From Harriotta raleighana (lineage: Eukaryota): a DNA stretch of 64,000 nt. The notes below the pieces were generated by a model. It saw only the letters and a program-made list of their open reading frames with translations. It ran no database searches and had not been told where the DNA came from. The stretch is from contig JBNZDD010013722.1 of NCBI GenBank assembly GCA_050575255.1, forward strand, positions 3,418,448 through 3,482,447, given 5' to 3'. Positions 40,258 through 52,709 of the stretch are shown here, one piece after another (the stretch's first letter is position 1; each line of letters opens with the position of its first letter). The translations under genes were made by a program, and so were the position numbers.

Positions 40258-42109
40258 CAATATTTATTTAAAAAAGAAATCAAAGCCATAGTTCATCACT
40301 GCAGCTCATGATCTAAATATACACTTGCCTAGGATTGTATATAATGAAAGGGCAATGAATACTTCCTTAAGTATAATAATTCCTTTTCTGAATAACAAAA
40401 CGCCTGTGAGATTGATAGTACCTGATGCAAAATGTTCCTCCTTGCTGCTGGAGTTTCAATACTTGAAGGACTCACTGTATGAAATCAACCAAAGCTGAGA
40501 ATCATGTATTTTTGAATGGAGTTATCATTGTGCAATCACCTGCTGGGTAAATTAATAGGTCTTCCATGTATATGCACTGAATGAAGCAACAGAATTAACC
40601 TTCAGAGCTTTTACCCTTCACAACGTTGCGTGATGCCTTCACTCACAGCAATCCCAGGCTGGTTATTACCCAGATCAAAAAAGCATGAAGTAATGTTGAG
40701 ATGTAATAAAAATAACTGCACTCAGCCTGTGTGGGAAAATAAAGGTTATGCAATAATTTGAAAAGCACAATATTTCATAACAGATTTAACCTGATTATAT
40801 CAAATTATAAAACATTGCATTTTTTTAAACTCCAAATTTCTCTGCTACCTAGGATAATGTTTAATAAAGTATTTTTGAAAAGCTTCTTGAAAGTTTAAAA
40901 TATCTAGCAAATGAAAATCAAAGAAAGCTGTCTTAAAACTCGTTGGAGAGTTATTAGGAATATTTACAGTTTAAGCGTTTAGGTAAAATCCTGCACTTTT
41001 CAGTCACATTAGCTCTTCTAATTTCTTCCAATTTATTAATATGCTTATTTATAGAAGGCAATTTGGTTATGTGGAGAAATCCAATCTTTTCAAGATAGTG
41101 TGGCTGAATACAGCTTTAAGGGTTCCATTTAAAATCTATCTCTTCAACAGTGCCAATAGTCACCTTCCTCTCCTCCTTCTCCCTTGTTTGGCATCTATCC
41201 ATGTGACAGTGAAGAGAGATGTTGTCCTATGTAAAGGATAATAAATAAATATAGAAACAACCAACTATTCTGGAAATCTTTGTGTTCCCACAAACAGATA
41301 TAGCAAAAGGGGGTGTCAGAAGGAAAAGCAGAAGCCATTGGCAGCCCATCAACACTTGCAAGAAATAACAGTTTGAGATCTTCACTACTGTATAAAGGTT
41401 CATTCACTTTTTGATCCAATGTTCTCTCTTTTACCTTATTTCTATTTGACCATCAAAAAAAAGCTTTATTTGAGAATCTGATAATTCATGAAATCCATTC
41501 TGATTTTTCCAATTTACGCATAATGCTTTTGCAAACGTTTATACAGTATATACTGAAGAAACCCTTAGATAATACAATATTTGTGGATAATGTTTCTATA
41601 AACCTTTATACAGTGCTGAAGGTCATCAGATTTTTAGGATGGTGATTTGCAGGTACTGAGAACATCTATTATAAAATCTGACATATGGATGACACTTATG
41701 GAAGAACCATTTCTTTGATTATAGTTGGCAGCTAACTAAACCTTGGTACCTCATCAAAGCTTCTGATGTGTTAACCCCTAAACAGTGAGAGGGAGCATAT
41801 GATGAAGTTTGCTTAGTTTCTACACACTGCCATCCAGTGGCTCAAATTATAATTTCAATCCATTGGTTGTTTAGGAGAACAGGTTTTCAGGATATTGGAA
41901 AATGAGTCGCCACAGGAATAGCAACTCAAACTGGCTTGGTGCTTTGGTGTCCACATGTTAAGCATTCTGTGAACTCAAGATATAGATACATAACATTATT
42001 AAAGGTGTGTCAGCTGGATCAATTGGTAGCCCTCTCCATCTTTGTGTCAGAGTTTGTGAGTGGGTTTTAATTATTCCTGTTCAAAAGAACCTATGGACTC
42101 TGCTTCAAA

Positions 42110-42325
42110 TTATAGAATCGGAGAATTTTACAGCACAAAAGGAGGCTATTCGGCCCATGGAGTCAGTGCTGGCTCTTTGAAAAGAGCAATTCAAAGTCAA
42201 TCCCACTCCCTGGCTCTCTCCCCATAACTCCACAAATCTGTCCTCTCCAAATAACCATCCACCTCTCTTTTAAAAGTTATTATCGAATCGGCCTCCACCA
42301 CACTTTCAGGCAATGCATTCCAGTG
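42110..42325 (-). mobile_element. CR1 3' end
   Basis: WNALPESVVEADSIITFKREVDGYL plus CR1 tail. Confidence 0.8.
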
Positions 42326-42769
42326 CATTCTTTCTACTGACATGTGAGCAGTACAAATAATAATATTTCCCCTATTATAGCCATCCCAATACAGAAGCAC
42401 TCTATCAAATCCTCTTTCCACCCCTACCTTTCTTAATTCTAGTTAAAAAAAAACTAATTGCAGGTTATCTCATCCTTTGGATAAGATGTTCATCCTTTGA
42501 ATGAGACATTAAACGAAGATACTGTCTGCCTGTTCAGATGGACACTAAAGATCCCATGGCACTACTCAAAAAGAGAAGGGAGTTTCTCCTGGTGAACTGG
42601 CCCCAATTGGTCACTCAGCCCATTGGCTCTTTGTGGCACATTGCTGTGCACAAACTACTTCCTCTGAAGTACAGATAACACTCGTCGAAGACAACTTTAT
42701 CATTTGCGAATTCAAGTACATGCGTTGAAATGAAAGCATCACTGTTTTGTGCAGCAAGTGTAAAATTTG

Positions 42770-43400
42770 TGTATATGCGCTGGCTGGCCCCCGCGAGCAT
42801 GCGCACGGGTGAAGACGCCGAGAGCTCCCGACTAAAGCCGATGATTCCTCGGCTGGCTGGCCCCACACGCAGTGCATTCTGAGTAAATACATTAACGCTT
42901 CGGCCTCGGAGAATCTTATTGCATTTGTTTTATTGATTTATTGCATTGTTATCACTTTATTATAGCAATAAAGCGATAAAAAAGCCCCTGTAACCTTTCT
43001 GCGTCTCCCGTAGAAGAGACCGCCTTCATCTCGCTGCCCACCCACACGCCCCCAAGCGGTTTTCTGACCCCCGAGTCCCCCCCCGGCTCAAATTGGCTCT
43101 CTCCCCCGCTCCTCCCTGAGTCCCCCCCTGCCTCCGATCGGCTCTCTCCTCCGCACCTCCCCGAGTACACCCCACTTCCGAGCGGTTCTCTGTTCCCTCC
43201 ACCCCCCGCTTGCCCACCCCTCTCCCAGATTCCTCTCTGCCTTCCTCCTGGGCTGCCCTGATTTGCCCACTTCCTGGGTGACAGGAGAGACGAGAGCAGG
43301 AAGAGTGATGGGGGAGGGGGGGAGCAACAAGAGCAGGGAGAAGCGGGGGGAATGAGGAGCAGGCCAGCCAGCTATAGCCCGCCTCAGTAGGTACCTTGCT
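42770..43400. promoter_or_regulatory. CpG island / putative promoter
   Basis: The only extended GC- and CpG-rich non-TE stretch in a CpG-depleted window. It has an NRF1-like GAGCATGCGCA (~42795) and ETS-like CACTTCC sites (~43173, ~43268). Confidence 0.65.
43069..43166. repeat. 45-bp GC-rich tandem repeat (about 2.2 units) inside the CpG island
   Basis: ccccgagtccccccccggctcaaattggctctctcccccgctcct / ccctgagtccccccctgcctccgatcggctctctcctccgcacct / ccccgagt. Confidence 0.85.
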
Positions 43401-45064
43401 CAGATGTGCTTGGAGGCTTGAAGTGGGTAAATTGCGACCAGATTCCCCTAACCCCACCTTTCCCAATACTTCTTAAGCTTCTCCAACGCGATTTTGTTGA
43501 GTGTGCAGTTTTCCAGGAATGCAACCCTCATGATCGACGAGGGTTAACTGTATATCCTGTGAAGTGTTTTGAAACGACTCGACGATGTGATAAGGTAAGA
43601 CATCAAATGCAAGGATTCTCAAAAATATAAGGATTCTTATGAAGTTCGATGAAGCAAATGACTTCGCTTTGCTCGGCATATAAAACAGAATAGCTGAAGT
43701 TTGCAGAGCAACATTCACTTCACAGAGACTGCACAGATCCTGTAGTTCATTGTAATACAAAGAAGGTGTACCATCCTCAAAATGTTCAAAGAATCTTCAG
43801 TAGTCTTTCAGAAATTACAAATTCAACCGTATTTTTTTACCCGATCGAAAAGCTGCTTTTTATAACTAGATTTGAAGGTCAGGCTCCCCTTTAAAGCTGA
43901 ACCTTTAGATATGCATTAGTTTCAGTCTATTCTTTCAGTTGGCATCTGAGTTAAAGCAACATCAAAAGCTACACTGATTCAAACCTACTTTTTCGTGGTC
44001 AAGATTCTCATTTCTATTTTTAGAATGTTTTACACCATTGACTGAACAAGGTGTAGAATGAATATTTTCACAAAGTCCCTGAATTTTTCATATACAAGCA
44101 TGAAATGTGTGTATGGGTGGTGGGAGGGTGGGCGGAGGAGTGTTGTGGGGAGAGAGAGAGATAGAGAAGAAGGGAATTCAGCACTGGGTGATACAATGGA
44201 ATGAAAGAAACATTTGAAAGTTGCAGCCTCAGGAAGCCATTTGACCTATCCATCTGCACCAGCTCTCAGAAGATTCAATCCCACTGCCCCACCTTTGGAT
44301 TCTTCGTTCTGCTGCTCCATACTTTCATATAACTGTTTACTTTCTTCTGGAAACCCACAGTGGCCTCTGCTTCTACCACCTAACTGACAGGGCATTCCGC
44401 AAACCAACAACGCTCTGTGTGAAAACTCTGCTAAGCTTTCCAGTTACTATTCTTGCGATGTGCAATTTTTGTTTGCCCACAAAATACAGAGTTGCTCCAG
44501 TTTACAGCAGATGTTCCTCTAACGTAAAAGGAGCTATAATAATTATTATTTATAATGTACTACTAATTTGCATATTTACCAATTAATTATTTCAGATCAG
44601 AAAGTGTGTCTATGCTCTCTCATAAAGTGCACAACAGCATAAAGTGCTCTGTGTACAAATCCTTTATTTTTCAAGTTTCTAATGACAAATTAAACTAATG
44701 CATTGAACAAATGTTTTCCAAATATGGTCAGAAAAAGAAGATGCAGATACTGTGAACCTTCACTGATAGATAATAGCCTATTTTTTAATGTTAGTGTATC
44801 CAGTTATTTTCTTAATTTTTCCACAAATTACTCTGCACCTGGTCTTACCTTCTCTTGCTGGAATATAGTTCCACAAGCACTGCATGCCCTCTTATACCCT
44901 TTCCCAAATGACTATTGGTCTCTCGTAAAAGCCTTGCAGTGAATGTCGGCATATTTCACATCTGAGACTTAACTTTTCTCACCGGATTATTGCATATATA
45001 CTTAACCAGTAGAGTGGATCTCTTCGACTATAAATTTACATGATTCTTTCATTCATGCTATGTA

Positions 45065-45240
45065 TTATAATAACAATCCTTTCAATTGATCTAGCACCTT
45101 ATCATGTCTTCAGGATGTCTCAAAGTGCTTCACAGGATATACCATAAAGTGAATTGGTGTGTATTTTGTGGGTGAAATGTGGCAGCCAAAAGCACACAGC
45201 AGTGTCCCACAGTTGTGGTTTGACATGGCCAATTTTAAAA
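45065..45240 (-). mobile_element. Deu-type SINE 3' half
   Basis: Same family, truncated. Confidence 0.75.
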
Positions 45241-46142
45241 AAAAGAATTATTACCGCCAGAAAAGAAATCCTCCAATCTACTAACAACCAGGTTCCTAAG
45301 GACCCTAACTGGTTTTCCTGGGAGGGCTGGACCAATTTAGCATCCCTATAGGGAGGTGATCAGGAATCTCAGCACACACTTGCACCTGAGAGCTGCACAT
45401 CCATAAATTGCAGCTATATCCACTCTATCTAATCACTGTGAAACAGTCTTAATAAACAAGCAGCTATTGTGCAACTTGCATGGATGCTAATTGTTATGAA
45501 TCAATTTAATCTACAGATCTTTCAAAATACCTAGAAAGAGTCTTGATGCCATTCAAATCAAGGGGAGCAATCAATTGCTTTTACAAGTCAAACTTCAGTT
45601 GTCTTAATTTTTTATTCTAACTACCAGCAGGTTGCAACAAAAACTATGTTTTCACAACAGGGATCCTTAATGTTTTCAAGAAAGCATTCTTCGAAGCAGT
45701 GATTGAAAGATTAAAGTATAGGTAACTTGGTCTGTAGAGTGTAGGTTGGTTTTATTAGACAATGTCTCATCATGTGCTACAGCATATTAAGTAGATAAAG
45801 TGTAATACAGTATCCAAAAATAGAAGTATTTTGTTGGTGAATTCTGACATTTTTAGTAAACTATGACTTGTAAAATATTACTATACTTTGTTTATTATTG
45901 TGAATATTTGCACCAGGTGTAGGAATAGGTGTGAGTGTGGCTCAGTTTGTAGCTCTCTCACCTCTCAAGACCCTTCTCTTCGACCATGCTTTTGGTCACC
46001 CTACTATCCCTACACTCCCTACTCTCCACCCCTCCTGATTCTTACCACCAGCTCGCGCGGAACACGCTGACTGTCCAGCACCTTGGGACAGGCTCCTGAC
46101 GTGAAAGGCGCTAAACAAATGTAATTGGTTCAAGTGCCACAC

Positions 46143-46497
46143 CAGAACTTTCAATGCACATAATCTAGGTGACATTTTGGGTAATATATTAGCATGGATT
46201 GAAGAGTGGTTAACAGGCAAAAATGATACAGTACAGATAAAGAGATTCTTCTCACATTGGCAAGATGTGAGTAGTGAATTGCCACAAGGATCAGTGCTTG
46301 GGCCTCAACTGTGTTCAGTCTACATCAATGACTTAGATGAGGAAATAGAGCTTAATATATCTAAGATGTATCTAAATTCGATACAAAGCTAGGTGGGAAA
46401 GTAAGCTGTGAGGATGACACAAAGCGATATAGACACTTTGGAAGTGAGTGGGCAAGAAGGTGGCAGATGGAGTACAATGGGGGCAAGTGTGAAGTTA
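46143..46497 (+). mobile_element. CR1 LINE RT fragment (5' part of the interrupted copy)
   Basis: GNILAWIEEWLTG..., PQGSVLGPQL..YINDLDE and WQMEYN..KCEV are CR1 RT motifs. Confidence 0.85.
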
Positions 46498-46533
46498 TTC
46501 CCACTTCACACTTGCTCCCATTGTACTCCATCT

Positions 46534-47297
46534 CACCTCCATCTACCCAACCTGCTCCCAAAAATTTCCGAACCCATACACAACATTGGTGTCAGGTTCA
46601 ACCCCCTAACTTTCCTTCCTGCCCCACATCCAGTCCCACAGCAGCACCGCTTTTTTCCACCTCTGATGTATTGCCCATCTTCAGCAATACTTCCCCCCCA
46701 AAAGCCGCTGAAACTCTGGTCCATGCCTTTGTCAGCTCTCGGCTGGACTACTCAAATGCCCTCCTCGTTGGTCTGCCCTTCACCCCAATCCATAAAATCC
46801 AGCTCATATAGAACTCTGCTGCCCACATTCTCACCCACACCAAACTTCGCTCCCCCATTTCCCCAGTCCTTGCCAGACTTCACTGGCTCCCTGTCCTGGA
46901 GAGGATTGATTTCAAAATCCTCACTTTTGTTTTCAAATCTCTCCACCCCTCTGCAACCCCTACCTCTCCGACCTCCTCTCTCCTCAAAACTGCACTTGTG
47001 GCCTTCTCTCCTCCGGTTTTGGTCTCCTCCTTGTTCCTCAAATCCTTCGTTCCACCATCAGCAGCCGTGCCTTCAGCCACCACGCCCCAAAACTCTGGAA
47101 CTCCCTTCCTCACTTCCTTCGCCTCGCGCCCCCTCTCTTCCTAGTTTCTGGGCTCAGCTAAAGACCTTTCTTTTCGACTGTGCCTTTGGTCACCTTTCTC
47201 CCCCTGCCCCTGGCTCAGCCCCCGGATCTGTTATTGTGAAGTGTTCTGAGATGCCGCCCAGTGTGGAGGGCATTATATAAATCAACGTTGTTGTTGT
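46534..47297 (+). mobile_element. L2 LINE fragment inserted into a CR1
   Basis: AAETLVHAFVSSRLDYSNALLVGLP and a tail ending gttgttgttg. CR1 sequence resumes right after it. Confidence 0.9.
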
Positions 47298-47590
47298 AGG
47301 TAGAAAAAATAGAAAAGCAGATTATTTTCTAGAGGGGGAGAAACTAAGTAGTATTAGTGTTCATAAAGGTACAGCAAGCAATTAGAAAGTCTAATAGCAT
47401 GTTAGCATTCATTGCAAAGGGGTTAGAGTACAGGAATAGGGAAGTCTTGCTGCAACTGTGTAGGGCCTTGGTGAGTCATACCTAAAATATTGTGTGCAGT
47501 TTTGGTCTCCTTATCTAACAAAGGATATACTAAGGTGAGGCTTGAGGCACCGAATGGCCTATTCCTGCTCCTACTTCTTATGTTCTTATT
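47298..47590 (+). mobile_element. CR1 LINE 3' part (continuation after the L2 insertion)
   Basis: GRKNRKADYFL, YCVQFWSPYL and CR1 tail gaatggcctattcctgctcctacttcttatgttctt. Confidence 0.8.
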
Positions 47591-48416
47591 TCAATGTGGC
47601 GCAGGTGGTGGGCTAGATTGTTGGAGGTGCCATCCTCCAGATGGGAAATTAAATTGAGGCCACTTCCTCCCATTCTAGTGGACAATAAAGATCCTATAAA
47701 CAATTCATAAAGGGGAGTTTTTCCTTGTTTCCTGTCCAACATCAACTAAGTTGAAAGCAGTGTGAGGAGAGTGTTGTTTTGTCCCATCCTTCAGATGAGA
47801 CATAACACCAAGGTTATCAAAATGTTTGTCACCTAGTATTGAGCTATGCCACAGAAAGGTTTGAGAAGGAATTTTAGGTGAAATTCCAATTTTGTATAAA
47901 AGTGGCATGAATTTTGCTGTTCTCGGACATCCTGTGTGTCAGTGTGGCTCAGTTGGTAGTACAGTACTATTGATTTTGAATCAGCAGGTTATGGGTTTAG
48001 GCTCCATCTCAGGACCTTGAACATAAAATTTACATTGACATTACAATGCAGTGCTGTGGGTTGCTAAGAGATGTTAATGAGACAATAAGACACACCTCCC
48101 AATGTGAAAAGTGCCTTACAAATGTAATTTTGTACTGTATTTTGTATTAAAATGAAGGTGTCTGCTTGTCCCATGGCACTATTTAAAAAGAGAAGGGTGT
48201 TTCTACCAGTGTCTTGGCCAACAATTCCCCAGAGAAAATCGATCATTCACTTCATAACTATTTATTGGACATTGTTGTCTGCAGATTGGCTGCCATATTC
48301 ATCTACAAAACACTGTCATTGCATTTTATAGTGTATTCTGTAAAGTGCTTTGAGACATTTTCACTGTCTATTTCATCAGCAGTTTCACAAACTGGACGTT
48401 TGACACAGAGAATATA

Positions 48417-48807
48417 CAATAAAACCCCGTTTATCCAGCACACTCGGCGGTGGGGGGTCAACTAATTGACTGTGCCGAATAAATGGGGGACAAGTTGCCA
48501 AAAACCCAACATAAAATATTAACTTATTTTAAAACATACCATGTTAATAATACACTAAATAGTAACAGAATATTGTATGGATACTTACCAATAAAGTATT
48601 CCAGCACAGTCGGTAAAAAGATCGGTAAAACAGCATTTTTTACCGATTGATAAAAAACCCAAGTTCGTAAATTTAATAAGTGCTCATGCGCACGCATTGC
48701 ATGCATGCACAAAGTGAGAAAACTCGCAATTGCTGGAACGCAGAATTGCCCCGGGAGGGGGTCGAGCAATCCGGTTGATCGGGTCACGGATAAATTAGGT
48801 TTTACTG
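48417..48807. mobile_element. Tigger/pogo-type non-autonomous DNA transposon
   Basis: TA|CAaTAAAACCccgTTTATCC ... GGATAAAttaGGTTTTACTG|TA imperfect TIRs, with a CpG-retaining interior. Confidence 0.75.
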
Positions 48808-51800
48808 TACTTTGAATTTGGTTTGAATTAGATCCTGGTGTTTTCTGATGAACCAAATGTACATAGAAAGGAATTAAATGGGCGAAACACTGGGAATGTT
48901 GGATTTTATGTAAATCATTGCCATCTTTTTAATAATGCAAAGCTTCCGTCTTATTAACATTCTATTCATTCTTTTAAGAAATATTCCACTATGGAAATGT
49001 TTGCAGCCAGTTGAGGCACTGCCCATGGGAAACAGCCTGCAATCTCCTTGATTCTAAGGTACTGATCCAAGGTAACTTCAATATGTATTCCATTTGATCT
49101 GAAAGGTGGGCAAGCAACTGTTGTGCTTTCAAAACTTACCAGTGTCAAACAGCTGACTAAATATTCCTTTAACAATCCAACCTGCTGGTTGTTAGTGATA
49201 AACAAAGATCAAATCTAATAAGTTATCAGGTTTTATAGGTTGGATAATTACATATAAGTAAAAGCTATTGTCATAACTGTTTGCTAATTTTATTGTACCA
49301 TTAATTTATAAATTAATGCATGTTGTTAGGTAACATGACGAACAAAGTGTTATTTTGTTTAAATGGCTATTCTTATATGAGTGGGGAGATGTTCAAATCA
49401 ATCCATAAGCAAAATATTTTACATGTAAAGAGCTCTCAGGACTATCATTCTAGTTTCATCTCAGTTTTATTGCATTTTCCAGAAAGATTCATTGCCAGCT
49501 CCAGCAACCAGCATGGCATGGCTTGTCAGGTTGTAAAACTGAACTCATTATAAAGAATGTATAAAGATGCTACAAATCCCAACTTGAATGAAGAAAGTAA
49601 AGATACAAAGGAAGACCACAAGATCTCCATTGAAACAGAGCCTTTTCTGTGGGATATGTACAAAAATATAAGGGTAGTTAAGGCACTCAATATACAGGAT
49701 AATGTAAAATAATGCTGAAGACATGCTTTTGAAAAGGCATTCAGTGTCATATGTCTTGATGTAATAAGGCACAGCCATGATGTGGATGAATCTATCTGAT
49801 CATCAAATGTGCACATAACGCATTGGGAATTATCTTGTATAAAATATTTGTGGAGTCAAAATAAAGTAATAATCCTTATATTTGATAAAGCGCCTTATGA
49901 CTGTTGTTGACATGTCTTGAGGCGTTTTGTAGGACTTTATTGTTAATTGGCTATGTAGTTATACATAGTGAAGTGAATGACAAATTTTATTGGAGGCGGG
50001 ACAACAAGAGGAATGCACTTCTCTTTTCAAGTGGTGCCATGGGACCTTATTTAACATTTAATCCAAAGCATAGCACCTCTGATAATTCAGCACACAGCTA
50101 GCATTGTATTATACCACGTAACACAATTTCTAAGGATCAGGCTCAATAAGAATCCACTGAGAAATACACTCCACTCTCATTTTTGTGTTCAAATGCTTCC
50201 ATGGACTTGCCTCACTTTACCTCTGTGATCTCCTGCAAACTCACTCCTACGTACACTCCCAACTCAGCAAACGCTGAGATTTCTGTTGCCCCAAATAATA
50301 TGGGAGGGAAAGAAACAATAATATATATATATGCATTAAAGGAATTCTATTCTGAGAGTCACTGCTTCAAGTCTCTTGCAAATCTGCCCTAATATTAGTG
50401 ATTGAGGCTTCAGCTATTCCGCCCCCGCTATAAGGAATTCCATCCCAAAGATACCACTTCTCAATACTTTTCAACCTCATTTGCAGCCAGCTTTCTCCCT
50501 TCCATAGTCCAGTTAGCTGTATAAAGCAATTTTGGATGTCCTCCTGGTGTGAAACGTGTTAAACGTAAATAAAAATTGTGTTATTGTTCATTAGCTGAAT
50601 GGCCTATATCTGTTACTATGTGCCTGTGGAGTGTCATTAATCTAGAATTTGTACTCCTGACAGATAGATTTTTCAAGAAATACAGCCATGTAGTTTGTTG
50701 TGGAGCTCACAATCTTATTACTCAATATGTCTATTTGGTAAATCTATCTCTGAAGACATTTGATCATTGTGGATATCATGCTGCAGAGCTCCCTGTCTCT
50801 GTAGAACAGCAAAACAAATTAATTCTGCAGCAAGAAAGGCTATGGGAAAATAATGGTAAAATAAATTCACCATTTAAAGCAGTGCAGCTCTTGTATGTCA
50901 AAGAGATGAGTAAAATTCTTTAGAGGGTTTAAAGTAACATTACTCATTGAGTCCTCCATTGAGTTTGCTCCCACCCCCAGCTTGGGTGCCCAGTCACCAT
51001 TGCCAAGTGTTTGAAAGATTCTAAACAAGTGTAAATTGAATTGTATGACTATTATTCCATATTTATTTCTTTAGGAAAATTTATTTCCATTAGTCAGGCT
51101 CAGTTAGCATTAACAAAACACAAAATACTGCAGATGCTGGAAATCTGAAACAAATACAGAGAGAGCTGGGAAAGCTCAGCATGTCAGGCAGCATCTATGG
51201 AGAAAGGAAAGTGCGTCAATGTTTCATCAGAAATGGAATAGATGGAATCAGTTAGCATTACGCTTGGCTGTGTCAGAAGAATATGGATTCTAGTCCCTAA
51301 TAGGTACTTCAGCTCACAGTCTAAATGGATATTCGAGTGCAGTATTGCTGTCCATAGCAATGTTGGAGGTGCAATCATTCAGTTGAGTTGTTAAATTGAG
51401 CTTACATCTTTGTGTTGTAGATGGACATGCAACATTAGAAAAATAAATCTTCCAGTGTCCTGTCACCTCATAGCTGTTTGTGAGATCTTGCTATGTGCCA
51501 AATGGCACGTTTCACAACAATATACAATAACAACAACAAAATTACATTTGAATACTGTAGTGCCTTTCACATCAGGAGGACGTCCCAAAGCGCTGAATTA
51601 TAATGAAGCATTTTCATACACTTTGACATGATTAAATGCAACAAAAGTTTGTTCACTCATACTTTCTTTCCTCTTCTACCACAATATATAAATATTTCCA
51701 GATCCATTTATTTATTATTATATGATTCACATATCGCTCGTTGAACATGAATTTATTAAAGCAGCTTGGTTTCAATACATAATTGTATTGTTTGCAGAAT

Positions 51801-52126
51801 TGTTCTGAATCACTGGTCTTCATCAGTGAAGTTGGAACAGTTGCAAACACTCCCTCTCAGTGCACAGTGTAAAGCTTATTACAGTATAATACAAAACCTT
51901 GAAATAAAATAAACATTACCTATGAAAAATTTACAGTATATTAGAAATGTGCTAATGTTAAATCAATCGTACTTTTACAAAAAACAACGGTTCACATCTA
52001 ATGCTGTTACTATTTTGCACCAACCTGCGTTGTGTTTGCTTCATTTATAACAATCGTACAATCATGGGGAATGGTTACATGTCTTGCTCACACTTGTTAT
52101 AGAGGAAACTAGACCTTCAGAATTTA

Positions 52127-52340
52127 TAATAATAGTAATGATAATTCTTGCATTTGATATAGTGCTTTTCACATTTTATCGACGTTTCAAAGCACTTCAC
52201 AGAATACACTGTAAAGTAAATTGACTGTATATTTGGGGGCGAAATGCGGCAGACAATTGCACACAGCAGTGTCCCACAAATAGTTTTGGATTGAAACAAC
52301 CAATTATTATAGTTTTTTTTAGGGATTATTATTATATTTA
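52127..52340 (-). mobile_element. Deu-type SINE 3' part (left arm of the inverted pair)
   Basis: Same family, inverted relative to 52412-52709. Confidence 0.85.
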
Positions 52341-52411
52341 ATATTATATTAGATAGCCTTTCAGGCATAATGACTGGAGCAATTGGAAATAAATAGATGG
52401 AATTAGTTTGT

Positions 52412-52709
52412 GGAGCTTACAAGCATGAGACCTGTGTTCGAATCCCGGCAGATCAGGGCGAAACCTTGGGCAAGTTTCCTTACTCCACATGCCTAATAAT
52501 AATCCCTCAAAAAAAACCACAATAATAAAATTGGTCATTTCAATCCACGACTGTTTGTGGGACACTGCTGTGTGCAATTGTCTGCCGCATTTCGCCCCCA
52601 AATATACAGTCAATTTACTTTACAGTGTATTCTGTGAAGCGCTTTGGGACGTCGATAAGATGTGAAAAGCGCTATATGAAATGCAAGGATTATTCTTATT
52701 ATTATTATA
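52412..52709 (+). mobile_element. Deu-type SINE, near full length (right arm of the inverted pair)
   Basis: B box gttcgaatccc, central domain and tail. Confidence 0.9.

Noticed and set aside
46408-47280. Longest ORF in the track (290 aa)
   Set aside because: Off-frame read-through of a CR1/L2 junction. The true L2 RT motifs are in another frame.
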